DNA of 64,000 nt, taken from the NCBI RefSeq assembly GCF_048403405.1, contig NZ_CP183129.1, one strand, 5' to 3'. The position numbers and the translations under genes were made by a program. The DNA is from Escherichia coli (GTDB lineage: Bacteria > Pseudomonadota > Gammaproteobacteria > Enterobacterales > Enterobacteriaceae). Within the stretch, counting starts at the first letter, position 1. Every line of letters starts with the position of its first letter. The notes beneath the pieces are model-generated. The model made no database searches, was not told the DNA's origin, and saw only the letters and a list, made by a program, of their open reading frames with translations. Shown in pieces: positions 18,475-27,839 of this stretch.

Positions 18475-21400
18475 TTAATCAAAAAGTGATTCGATGTCGT
18501 TAATGAGTTCGCTGGCGGTGATGGCATCAAGCGCGGAGAACGTGAGCGAGGGCTGTGTACTGTAGCGTTCCCCTGGTGAAGTGATTTTTACGCTTTCAAC
18601 AGGTAGCAGGTCGCTATACCCCGTTTCGCCATAAATTAATGAAAAATGTTCTGTTTCAAGTTCGAGAGCGCCATAAGGGGTAGATTTGCGCATCGCATAG
18701 ACGCTGCCGCTTTCTTCCAGACGTTGCCAGCCTCGACGTTCCAGCCCGACAATGCGCCCGGCCTGGCAAAGACGTCCTTGCCAGCGTATCAATTCATGGG
18801 TATCACGTTCATTATCAGTAAGGTGGTAATAACCACGATCGAGTTGGCGAAAGGGAGGAAGCTTTTCGTAATCAGCATAAATTTGCCCAAATGCAGTGGC
18901 GGATTCAGGAGATATTTCCAGCACATGCGGTATACCGATGTTTCCTGCTGGCAGCGTGAATAACTCATCCTGCGCATCGCTGTAAGTGCTGTCTTCTGCG
19001 ACCCGGAAGCAGGCGATCAGCGTGTTTTCCTCAGTATATACCCCCCATAACACCCGTCGGGTTAAGTGACGTACCAGCGGATGCTCCACCAGAAACAGGC
19101 GGAACTGCTCTGCCGTCCAGCGTCTGCGCTGGCACATATCCTGCTCCAGACGATCAATCTGCTGGCTGGCAATGGCGTGCACATCTTTCTTCAATTGTTT
19201 GAAGAGGTTAACGGAGTCAGTTGCCAGTGTTTGATCATCGCTCTGATTTGGTTTGGGTAAATCTTTCAGGACTTTGCCGTTTGCATCGTGCACTACAGGT
19301 TTTAAGGTTTCGTCAAAACCAACGGTGAATTGACGTGGGCCGAAATCCAGTATCAGCGAGCCACTGTTATCAAGCCCTAAATCTGGAGCCAGGCGGTCTT
19401 CCAGTTCAGCCATAGTCAGCCCACGGTTTTCAGCAACTATGTTGATTTTCTCGCGGGCATGTTCCTGTAATGCTTTGAATTTAATTTTTCGCGCGATGCC
19501 ATTAAGCAGCATTAGCGCAACATCGCTGCCAATATCAGCTAATACATCCAGCCCGTAAACCGCGCGTTTATGCTGGGATTCACCCGGCCAGGCACGGATA
19601 AGCGGGGTTAATTTACGTGCGGTGTCGTCATTGCCTAAAATCCCAAGCGAAGTAAATGCCCAGTTTTCTTTTGCGGGTGCGCCAGCTTCTGTCCATGCCG
19701 TGTAGAGATCCCAGCCAAAGTCAGCCAGTGATTCGTGGGTGAAGGTCTCTTTGATGGTCGCCAGCCCAGCGTAGGAGGTAATGTCGCGTGGAAAGCTCAA
19801 CATTGTGCCCAGGTGGCGCATAGCGTCATCTGGCAGAGGCAGGTTGTTACTTTTAAGCCGTGGTCTGCGCCATAAGGTGAACTGATAAAAGCCGGGCAGT
19901 GGGGCGATTTTAGCGGGATATTCTTCCAGCGGATCGCTATCGAACAATGTTGCCAGCGCAGCTAAAACATCAGGTTGGTTGTATCTCCGGCCGATTTCTT
20001 CAATCGTTTCTCGCTGGTTTAATTTCACTAGCAGGCGGAATGCCTGGCGGGCATATTCCCGATTTTGGCACGGTTTGCCCAGCGCCAAAGGCAGTAGCCC
20101 GGCGGCGGCATGGCGCGGGTTATTTGCCAGCCAATTAATGGCATCCTTGTAAGCCATTTTTTTCTGTAATCGCTGCGCCATTGGTAAGGCTAGTTCACTG
20201 GCCCCAATAAAGAGGGTGAATATCCACAGTCGTTGATGATCTCGTTGCAAGCAGGTCATAAACGCAGGAATGGCCGTACTACCAAAAACTGCCAGAATCT
20301 CTTTCTCACCTGAATATCGCTCCTCAATGATTATTTGGTTGAGAAATGAAATCGCCTGTTGTCCCGGTAAGTAACAAAGCGCAGATAGATTCCAGCTTTT
20401 GTTGGCATTGTTGTGATATTTCGCAAACTCAGCTTTTAGTGCTGGAAAATCAAAGCGCAACAAGGCATCAACAGCGCTTTGCGGTATATATTTTTTTTCA
20501 TGTAAGTCATCTTCGCAATGCAGCCATTCATTAAAACCTAATTGCCAAAGGATTTGTTGTTCTGGTGTAAAAGGAATGAAAGATGTCTCCCAGCTTTCTT
20601 TTTCAATTAGTGGCAGGTCGGTAAATAAGGTTTGCTGTGATGACTGATATTGCGCGATTTCACTGAATCTGGATATGTCAGTATGACTGATTAACTCTGT
20701 AATTCCTGGCGTGATGTCAGTGACTGCAGGGATGGGAAGCACCGGTAAATCAAATACGGGTATTACATTCGTTTTCTTATTTATTACCCACGGTGGAGCG
20801 ACAAACAGCTCCGGCAACATATCCGCAGTGGCGTATTCACATTCTTCAGCGACTAACTGAGTACGACATTCAGATAAGATGCCTGCCGCTTTAGCATTAA
20901 CCCAGGGAATGACGTCAGTGACTAAATCTGGCGTGGCGGTAATCAGTTTGACAAGCGCTTTACGCCACTGTGCATCTTCATGTATTGCCAGTAAAGTTGC
21001 ATAAGCGGCAAGAGCCGCAGCGGGATGTTTTTGACAGGCTTTGCTTAAGTATTCCAGGTGCTTTTTCTTGCCAATTACACCGAGGATCAGAATTTGAATC
21101 GCATCCGGGTGATTCGTTTTCCATAGCCATTTGACAAGATCTTCAGTCTCGCTGATGCGCTCGAAGAGATAAGTGGGATTGTCAGAATGCTCTTCCGTAA
21201 ACTCAAGAAGTATCCGGCTTACACCGCGCACCCCATTATTTGCCAGCAACATTGCCAGATAAGCGCGAAAATCATGATACAACGGTGGGAAGTCGTATTT
21301 TTCTGCTGTAGTCAGAGCGGCGTCATCGGTTACCACCAGTCTTAACCAGGTCATCGCCGGAACGTTTTGATCTGCATAACGTAGCGCCATAGCATTGGCA

Positions 21401-22272
21401 ATATCCGGGCGTTCAGGGAGCAGTAACGCCGCAAAAGGTTGCCGTGCTGGGGATAGCGAGGGAATAGCAGCGAGAACTTTATCTACACAGCGTTGCCACT
21501 CATCTTCTGAAGCGAGTGAAAGATGATGACATAGACGTTGATGCCAGTTCGGTAGTGATTCTGCTTTGAGATCAGGGGGAATAATGGTGGTGACGTCGGC
21601 TTTTACTGGTTTATATTTGAGTTGAAGAGCGAGAAGGGCGATTTCAACGGTAGTTTCCAGACCACAGCGAATGACTAAGTCATCGACCAGTTCATCTGTA
21701 GAGTAAGAGTTCCATAAATTCCAGAGCAATGCCGCATCAGATTGTATACTTCCTGTTTGTTGATTATTCAGAATTCGCCTTTGTAACTCGGCAAACGCCA
21801 GCTGCCAGTTTTCAGGATAAGAGCGGTAATTATTGTCGGGGTCATATGCCCTGGTGTTATTCGCGATGCGCTTCCATATTTGGCCATCTTTGTACAGATA
21901 ATTGATCTCTCTGGGGCGAGAGCGATGAGGAAAAGCAAATCGATTAATATCGCCAGTTACCGGAATGACTGCATCATCAGCCACCCATGGGCGTTTGTTT
22001 TTACTCTCAGGGGAGGTTTCAACTTCAGGAGTGGCTTTGGTGATGGGGGGGATATGCACGTTTGCTAAAGCATTTTCCACATAGCCTTTTTTCGTTTTCT
22101 CTGCGATCAGCTTAAGCTCCGCTTTTGCCGCTGCCGCAGCATCCGCAAAACTTTTTACCTGGTTTTGCCCTTTGGTGCCAACTTTTCCCCAACAGATATG
22201 CAACTCGTTTCCCTGTTGCTCCACCGCCCAGAATTTATGTGATTTTTCGTCCTGAAAGATAAAGTGCCTCAT
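18475..22272 (-). CDS. MolR-like giant protein, N-terminal WGR domain plus DUF4132 (1265 aa), second paralog
   Basis: N-terminus MRHFIFQDEKSHKFWAVEQQGNELHICWGKVGTKGQ, near-identical to the adjacent paralog over about 60 aa; conserved C-terminal block; 12-nt gap to the next gene. Confidence 0.85.
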   Translation of the reverse strand: MRHFIFQDEKSHKFWAVEQQGNELHICWGKVGTKGQNQVKSFADAAAAAKAELKLIAEKTKKGYVENALANVHIPPITKATPEVETSPESKNKRPWVADDAVIPVTGDINRFAFPHRSRPREINYLYKDGQIWKRIANNTRAYDPDNNYRSYPENWQLAFAELQRRILNNQQTGSIQSDAALLWNLWNSYSTDELVDDLVIRCGLETTVEIALLALQLKYKPVKADVTTIIPPDLKAESLPNWHQRLCHHLSLASEDEWQRCVDKVLAAIPSLSPARQPFAALLLPERPDIANAMALRYADQNVPAMTWLRLVVTDDAALTTAEKYDFPPLYHDFRAYLAMLLANNGVRGVSRILLEFTEEHSDNPTYLFERISETEDLVKWLWKTNHPDAIQILILGVIGKKKHLEYLSKACQKHPAAALAAYATLLAIHEDAQWRKALVKLITATPDLVTDVIPWVNAKAAGILSECRTQLVAEECEYATADMLPELFVAPPWVINKKTNVIPVFDLPVLPIPAVTDITPGITELISHTDISRFSEIAQYQSSQQTLFTDLPLIEKESWETSFIPFTPEQQILWQLGFNEWLHCEDDLHEKKYIPQSAVDALLRFDFPALKAEFAKYHNNANKSWNLSALCYLPGQQAISFLNQIIIEERYSGEKEILAVFGSTAIPAFMTCLQRDHQRLWIFTLFIGASELALPMAQRLQKKMAYKDAINWLANNPRHAAAGLLPLALGKPCQNREYARQAFRLLVKLNQRETIEEIGRRYNQPDVLAALATLFDSDPLEEYPAKIAPLPGFYQFTLWRRPRLKSNNLPLPDDAMRHLGTMLSFPRDITSYAGLATIKETFTHESLADFGWDLYTAWTEAGAPAKENWAFTSLGILGNDDTARKLTPLIRAWPGESQHKRAVYGLDVLADIGSDVALMLLNGIARKIKFKALQEHAREKINIVAENRGLTMAELEDRLAPDLGLDNSGSLILDFGPRQFTVGFDETLKPVVHDANGKVLKDLPKPNQSDDQTLATDSVNLFKQLKKDVHAIASQQIDRLEQDMCQRRRWTAEQFRLFLVEHPLVRHLTRRVLWGVYTEENTLIACFRVAEDSTYSDAQDELFTLPAGNIGIPHVLEISPESATAFGQIYADYEKLPPFRQLDRGYYHLTDNERDTHELIRWQGRLCQAGRIVGLERRGWQRLEESGSVYAMRKSTPYGALELETEHFSLIYGETGYSDLLPVESVKITSPGERYSTQPSLTFSALDAITASELINDIESLFD

Positions 22273-22379
22273 TCTGCATCCCTGTAATTTTATCCAGTTG
22301 AATGCTGATGCTACCAGTATTTATGCGGGTTAGAGAGAGACAAAATCGCAAGAAAACAACTTTAGGAATTTATAAAGAA

Positions 22380-22403
22380 AAGGCGCTGTCGATACAGCGC
22401 CTT
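22380..22403 (-). terminator. metG rho-independent terminator
   Basis: 10-bp stem aaggcgctgt / acagcgcctt with a cgat loop; a U-rich tract follows on the minus strand (plus 22373-22379 taaagaaa). Confidence 0.65.
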
Positions 22404-22412
22404 GAAAGGAGA

Positions 22413-24446
22413 TTATTTCACCTGATGACCCGGTTTAGCACCGGCATCCGGGCTTAGCAGGAAAATATCTTTCCCGCCAGGACCGGCAGCCATCACCATG
22501 CCTTCGGAGATACCGAAGCGCATTTTACGTGGTGCCAGGTTAGCCACCATAATGGTATGACGACCAATCAGTGCCTGCGGATCCGGGTAAGCAGAACGAA
22601 TGCCGGAGAAGACATTGCGCTTTTCACCGCCGAGATCCAGCGTCAGGCGCAGCAGTTTGTCAGAACCTTCAACAAACTCTGCGTTTTCGATCAACGCCAC
22701 GCGCAGGTCAACTTTGGCGAAGTCGTCAAAGGTGATGGTTTCCTGAATCGGATCATCTGCCAGTGGGCCAGTTACTGGCGTGGCAGCTGCTTTCACTTCT
22801 TCTTTAGACGCTTCCACCAGTGCTTCAACCTGCTTCATGTCAATACGGTTATACAGCGCCTTGAACGGATTCACTTTGTGGCCCAGCAGCGGTTGCTGGA
22901 TACCATGCCAGGTCAGTTCTGTATTGAGGAATGCTTCTGCACGCTCGGTCAGTTTCGGCAGTACCGGCTTCAGGTAAGTCATCAGCACGCGGAACAGGTT
23001 TATGCCCATCGAGCAAATTGCCTGCAGGTCGGCATCGCGTCCTTCCTGTTTCGCCACCACCCACGGAGCCTGTTCATCGACATAACGGTTAGCCAGATCT
23101 GCCAGCGCCATGATTTCGCGGATCGCTTTACCAAATTCGCGGCTTTCCCACGCTTCACCAATCACTTCAGCGGCATCCGTGAAGGTTTTGTACAGTTGCG
23201 GGTCAGCCAGTTCGCTTGCCAGCACACCGTCAAAACGCTTGTTGATAAAGCCCGCGTTACGGGAGGCCAGGTTAACCACTTTATTCACGATATCGGCATT
23301 CACACGCTGAACGAAATCTTCCAGGTTGAGATCGATATCATCAATGCGCGAAGAAAGTTTCGCAGTGTAGTAGTAACGCAGGCTGTCGGCGTCAAAATGA
23401 TTCAGCCAGGTGCTGGCTTTAATAAAGGTGCCGCGAGACTTGGACATCTTCGCGCCGTTCACCGTCACATAGCCATGAACAAACAGGTTAGTCGGCTTGC
23501 GGAAGTTGCTGCCTTCCAGCATGGCAGGCCAGAACAGGCTGTGGAAGTAAACGATATCTTTACCGATGAAGTGGTACAGCTCGGCGGTGGAATCTTTCTT
23601 CCAGTATTCATCGAAGCTGGTGGTGTCGCCGCGTTTGTCGCACAGATTCTTGAAGGAACCCATGTAGCCAATCGGCGCGTCCAGCCAGACGTAGAAATAT
23701 TTGCCCGGTGCGTTCGGAATTTCAAAACCGAAGTACGGCGCATCGCGGGAGATATCCCACTGTTGCAGGCCGGATTCAAACCACTCCTGCATTTTGTTTG
23801 CCACCTGCTCCTGCAACGCACCGCTGCGGGTCCATGCCTGCAACATTTCGCTGAAAGAGGGCAGATCAAAGAAGAAGTGTTCGGAATCACGCATTACCGG
23901 CGTAGCGCCAGAAACCACCGATTTCGGCTCGATCAGTTCAGTCGGGCTGTAGGTCGCGCCGCAGACTTCGCAGTTATCGCCGTATTGATCCGGGGATTTA
24001 CATTTCGGGCAGGTGCCTTTTACAAAACGGTCCGGCAGGAACATGCCTTTTTCCGGATCGTAAAGCTGAGAGATGGTGCGGTTTTTAATAAAACCGTTCT
24101 CTTTCAGGCGAGAATAAATAAGTTCTGACAACTGGCGGTTCTCTTCGCTGTGCGTCGAGTGATAGTTGTCGTAGCTGATGTTAAAGCCTGCGAAATCAGT
24201 CTGATGCTCCTGACTCATTTCGCCAATCATCTGCTCCGGAGTGATACCAAGCTGCTGAGCTTTCAGCATGATCGGTGTGCCGTGGGCATCGTCGGCGCAG
24301 ATGAAGTTGACCTCGTGGCCGCGCATTCGCTGGTAACGGACCCAGACATCAGCCTGGATGTGCTCCAGCATATGGCCGAGGTGGATTGAGCCGTTAGCGT
24401 ACGGCAGTGCGCACGTCACCAGAATTTTCTTCGCGACTTGAGTCAT
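22413..24446 (-). CDS. metG: methionyl-tRNA synthetase
   Basis: ORF trimmed to the ATG at 24446 ([27 protein letters not shown], 677 aa). Class I synthetase HIGH-type motif, KMSKS, zinc knuckle CPKC..CEVC, C-terminal tRNA-binding region. Confidence 0.95.
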   Translation of the reverse strand: MTQVAKKILVTCALPYANGSIHLGHMLEHIQADVWVRYQRMRGHEVNFICADDAHGTPIMLKAQQLGITPEQMIGEMSQEHQTDFAGFNISYDNYHSTHSEENRQLSELIYSRLKENGFIKNRTISQLYDPEKGMFLPDRFVKGTCPKCKSPDQYGDNCEVCGATYSPTELIEPKSVVSGATPVMRDSEHFFFDLPSFSEMLQAWTRSGALQEQVANKMQEWFESGLQQWDISRDAPYFGFEIPNAPGKYFYVWLDAPIGYMGSFKNLCDKRGDTTSFDEYWKKDSTAELYHFIGKDIVYFHSLFWPAMLEGSNFRKPTNLFVHGYVTVNGAKMSKSRGTFIKASTWLNHFDADSLRYYYTAKLSSRIDDIDLNLEDFVQRVNADIVNKVVNLASRNAGFINKRFDGVLASELADPQLYKTFTDAAEVIGEAWESREFGKAIREIMALADLANRYVDEQAPWVVAKQEGRDADLQAICSMGINLFRVLMTYLKPVLPKLTERAEAFLNTELTWHGIQQPLLGHKVNPFKALYNRIDMKQVEALVEASKEEVKAAATPVTGPLADDPIQETITFDDFAKVDLRVALIENAEFVEGSDKLLRLTLDLGGEKRNVFSGIRSAYPDPQALIGRHTIMVANLAPRKMRFGISEGMVMAAGPGGKDIFLLSPDAGAKPGHQVK

Positions 24447-24577
24447 AGTAGGCATTACTTCTTAATAGTGAAAAGGGGTTAGATAGTACCAAATGGGAAA
24501 ATGTTAAGTAAGTACTTCTCTATATTCTTCAGGTAAACTATCAGCTGATGGTTTATCTATACAAAAAAGGAGTCGGG

Positions 24578-25687
24578 ATGAACGAACAATCCCAGGCCAA
24601 ATCACCAGAAGCCTTGCGCGCAATGGTCGCCGGGACACTGGCCAATTTTCAGCACCCAACCCTGAAGCATAACCTCACCACGCTGAAAGCGTTGCACCAT
24701 GTCGCCTGGATGGACGACACGTTGCATGTGGAACTGGTTATGCCATTCGTCTGGCATAGCGCGTTCGAAGAGTTAAAAGAGCAATGTAGCGCCGAACTGC
24801 TGCGCATCACCGGGGCGAAAGCTATCGACTGGAAACTGTCGCACAATATCGCCACCTTAAAACGCGTGAAGAATCAGCCGGGAATTAACGGCGTGAAGAA
24901 CATCATTGCGGTCAGCTCCGGTAAAGGCGGCGTGGGTAAATCCTCCACGGCGGTAAACCTGGCGCTGGCACTGGCGGCGGAAGGGGCGAAAGTCGGCATT
25001 CTGGACGCCGATATCTACGGCCCATCAATACCCACCATGCTGGGTGCAGAAAATCAGCGTCCAACTTCGCCGGACGGTACCCATATGGCACCGATTATGT
25101 CTCATGGACTGGCAACCAATTCAATTGGTTATCTGGTCACTGACGACAATGCGATGGTGTGGCGTGGTCCGATGGCGAGCAAGGCGTTAATGCAGATGTT
25201 GCAGGAAACCTTGTGGCCGGATCTCGACTATCTGGTGCTTGATATGCCGCCAGGCACCGGTGACATTCAATTGACACTGGCACAAAACATACCAGTAACT
25301 GGCGCGGTAGTGGTCACCACTCCGCAGGACATTGCGTTGATCGATGCGAAAAAAGGCATTGTGATGTTCGAGAAAGTCGAGGTTCCGGTGCTCGGTATTG
25401 TCGAGAACATGAGTGTGCATATTTGCAGTAACTGTGGTCACCATGAACCGATTTTCGGTACCGGTGGTGCAGAGAAACTGGCCGAGAAATATCACACGCA
25501 GTTGCTGGGGCAGATGCCGTTACACATCTCCTTACGTGAAGATCTCGATAAAGGCACGCCAACGGTTATCAGCCGTCCGGAGAGCGAATTTACCGCTATC
25601 TACCGCCAGCTGGCTGACCGCGTTGCAGCCCAGCTTTATTGGCAGGGAGAAGTCATTCCTGGCGAGATTTCCTTCCGCGCGGTCTAA
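24578..25687 (+). CDS. apbC: Fe-S cluster carrier ATPase ApbC/Mrp
   Basis: ORF 24548..25687 trimmed to the ATG at 24578 with AAGGAG SD (369 aa). P-loop SGKGGVGKSS and CxxC (CSNCGHH). Confidence 0.95.
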   Translation: MNEQSQAKSPEALRAMVAGTLANFQHPTLKHNLTTLKALHHVAWMDDTLHVELVMPFVWHSAFEELKEQCSAELLRITGAKAIDWKLSHNIATLKRVKNQPGINGVKNIIAVSSGKGGVGKSSTAVNLALALAAEGAKVGILDADIYGPSIPTMLGAENQRPTSPDGTHMAPIMSHGLATNSIGYLVTDDNAMVWRGPMASKALMQMLQETLWPDLDYLVLDMPPGTGDIQLTLAQNIPVTGAVVVTTPQDIALIDAKKGIVMFEKVEVPVLGIVENMSVHICSNCGHHEPIFGTGGAEKLAEKYHTQLLGQMPLHISLREDLDKGTPTVISRPESEFTAIYRQLADRVAAQLYWQGEVIPGEISFRAV

Positions 25688-25716
25688 CGCGTATTAACCT
25701 TTTTGGTTGTTTTTCA

Positions 25717-25757
25717 TACACCGCAGAGATGTTACATTGATGCGGTGTATTTGTTTT
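25717..25757 (+). terminator. apbC terminator
   Basis: tacaccgc (25717-25724) pairs with gcggtgta (25742-25749); followed by tttgttttt. Confidence 0.5.
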
Positions 25758-25949
25758 TGCCGCATTAATGAACACTTATTTAATGCTGCAAATATTCTGC
25801 GGACCTTCGTCCGAAACTCTATAAAGTCGATTGATCGTACAGGCAATGCTTCATTGTCATCCTTCGTGGCTGTGTAGTGGATGTACAGCTATAGTTTGTT
25901 ATGCACTCATTCTATCCAGGCATAACCTTTACTACAGGGATAACGTTCA

Positions 25950-26231
25950 ATGAATAAGTACTGGCTGTCAGGAATTATTTTTCTTGCCTATGGAATGGCT
26001 TCTCCCGCGTTCTCTTCACAGACTGCCACATTAACGATTAATGGCAGGATCAGTCCCCCAACATGCAGTATGGCTATGGTTAATGGTCAACCTCAACAGT
26101 ATTGTGGTCAGTTAACGTATGATGTTGATACCCGTCATCAGGTTTCTTCGCCAGTCAAAGGTGTAACGACAGAAGTGGTTGTTGCAGGTAGCGATAGCAA
26201 ACGTCGAATCGTGTTAAATCGCTACGATTAA
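25950..26231 (+). CDS. yehE: small secreted protein YehE
   Basis: 93-aa ORF with an N-terminal signal peptide; lies between apbC and the fimbrial operon. Confidence 0.7.
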   Translation: MNKYWLSGIIFLAYGMASPAFSSQTATLTINGRISPPTCSMAMVNGQPQQYCGQLTYDVDTRHQVSSPVKGVTTEVVVAGSDSKRRIVLNRYD

Positions 26232-26262
26232 TTTGCCACCCTGGTTTTTTAATCGGATTTAG

Positions 26263-26305
26263 AAAGCTGAAATCATTCGTGTGAATGATTTCAGCTTTTT
26301 TATTT
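26263..26305 (+). terminator. yehE rho-independent terminator
   Basis: 16-bp stem aaagctgaaatcattc / gaatgatttcagcttt with a gtgtg loop, then ttttatttat. Confidence 0.8.
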
Positions 26306-26526
26306 ATATCAATAATACCACTTACAAAAATCTGCATTAATTAATAGATGTGATAAATATTTAATATGCTTAAGTATTTGTTGTGTTTATATTGCAATAG
26401 TTAATTTGTTTTAAATCAATAAAACAATATGTTTACATTGCGGCAACTTTTTTGATGTGAGAAATTTGTTTCCAAGAGATACAGACTCTTAACAACCAAA
26501 AAATAAATTTTATTAAGGAACATATT

Positions 26527-27069
26527 ATGAAACGTTCAATTATTGCTGCCGCTGTCTTTTCTTCTTTTTTTATGAGCGCTGGGGTATTTGCCGCAGACGT
26601 TGATACCGGAACATTAACCATTAAAGGGAATATTGCAGAATCTCCGTGTAAATTCGAAGCGGGTGGCGATTCAGTAAGTATTAATATGCCAACTGTACCA
26701 ACCACTGTCTTTGAAGGTAAAGCTAAATACTCGACCTATGATGATGCAGTCGGTGTAACCAGCAGCATGTTAAAAATTAGCTGTCCGAAAGAAGTTGCTG
26801 GTGTAAAACTCTCGTTGATTACCAACGATAAAATAACCGGAAACGATAAGGCGATAGCCAGTAGCAACGATACCGTGGGGTACTATCTCTATTTAGGTGA
26901 TAACAGCGATGTCCTGGATGTTTCTGCACCTTTTAACATTGAGAGTTATAAAACAGCGGAAGGTCAATATGCTATTCCGTTTAAAGCAAAATACCTGAAG
27001 CTGACAGATAATTCAGTGCAATCAGGTGATGTGTTATCTTCTCTGGTTATGCGTGTGGCGCAGGATTAA
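26527..27069 (+). CDS. yehD: fimbrial major subunit YehD
   Basis: 180 aa; signal peptide; fimbrial-subunit fold features (a Cys pair, C-terminal beta-strand motif); first gene of the chaperone-usher operon. Confidence 0.85.
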   Translation: MKRSIIAAAVFSSFFMSAGVFAADVDTGTLTIKGNIAESPCKFEAGGDSVSINMPTVPTTVFEGKAKYSTYDDAVGVTSSMLKISCPKEVAGVKLSLITNDKITGNDKAIASSNDTVGYYLYLGDNSDVLDVSAPFNIESYKTAEGQYAIPFKAKYLKLTDNSVQSGDVLSSLVMRVAQD

Positions 27070-27149
27070 TAAATAAAACTTCAAGTTTCTCCAGGTAATA
27101 AACATGGCCGCTATCCCCATGGCGGCCTTTTAATTTAAGAGGCATTAAG

Positions 27150-27824
27150 ATGAAAGGATTATTAGCTTTACTCATTTCTTCTATGGTCCTTCCTGCACAT
27201 GCCGGTATTGTTATCTACGGGACGCGTATTATTTACCCGGCAGAAAATAAAGAAGTGATGGTGCAGTTGATGAATCAGGGAAACCGTTCTTCGCTGCTGC
27301 AGGCGTGGATTGATGATGGCGATACGTCGTTACCACCAGAAAAAATTCAGGTTCCTTTCATGTTAACGCCACCAGTGGCAAAAATAGGGGCAAATTCCGG
27401 GCAGCAAGTAAAAATCAAAATTATGCCGAATAAACTGCCCACTAATAAAGAGAGCATTTTTTATCTGAATGTTCTGGATATTCCACCAAATAGTCCAGAG
27501 CAAGAGGGCAAGAATGCACTGAAATTTGCAATGCAAAACAGAATTAAATTGTTTTACCGGCCTGCGGGTATTGCGCCAGTAAATAAAGCGACATTTAAAA
27601 AGTTACTGGTAAATCGCAGTGGCAATGGATTGGTGATAAAAAATGACTCAGCAAATTGGGTAACGATTTCGGATGTCAAAGCTAATAATGTCAAAGTCAA
27701 TTATGAAACTATTATGATTGCCCCCTTAGAAAGTCAGAGTATTAATGTCAAAAGTAATAATGCGAATAACTGGTATCTGACCATTATCGATGACCATGGC
27801 AACTATATTAGTGACAAAATTTAA
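27150..27824 (+). CDS. yehC: periplasmic fimbrial chaperone YehC
   Basis: 224 aa; signal peptide MKGLLALLISSMVLPAHA; PapD-like chaperone; an in-frame stop at 27099 precludes a longer N-terminus. Confidence 0.85.
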   Translation: MKGLLALLISSMVLPAHAGIVIYGTRIIYPAENKEVMVQLMNQGNRSSLLQAWIDDGDTSLPPEKIQVPFMLTPPVAKIGANSGQQVKIKIMPNKLPTNKESIFYLNVLDIPPNSPEQEGKNALKFAMQNRIKLFYRPAGIAPVNKATFKKLLVNRSGNGLVIKNDSANWVTISDVKANNVKVNYETIMIAPLESQSINVKSNNANNWYLTIIDDHGNYISDKI

Positions 27825-27839
27825 TTGCAGGAGCTGCCT

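Noticed and set aside
22557-24128. 523-aa plus-strand ORF
   Set aside because: Lies entirely antisense within metG; low-complexity, Arg/Phe-rich translation typical of a shadow ORF.
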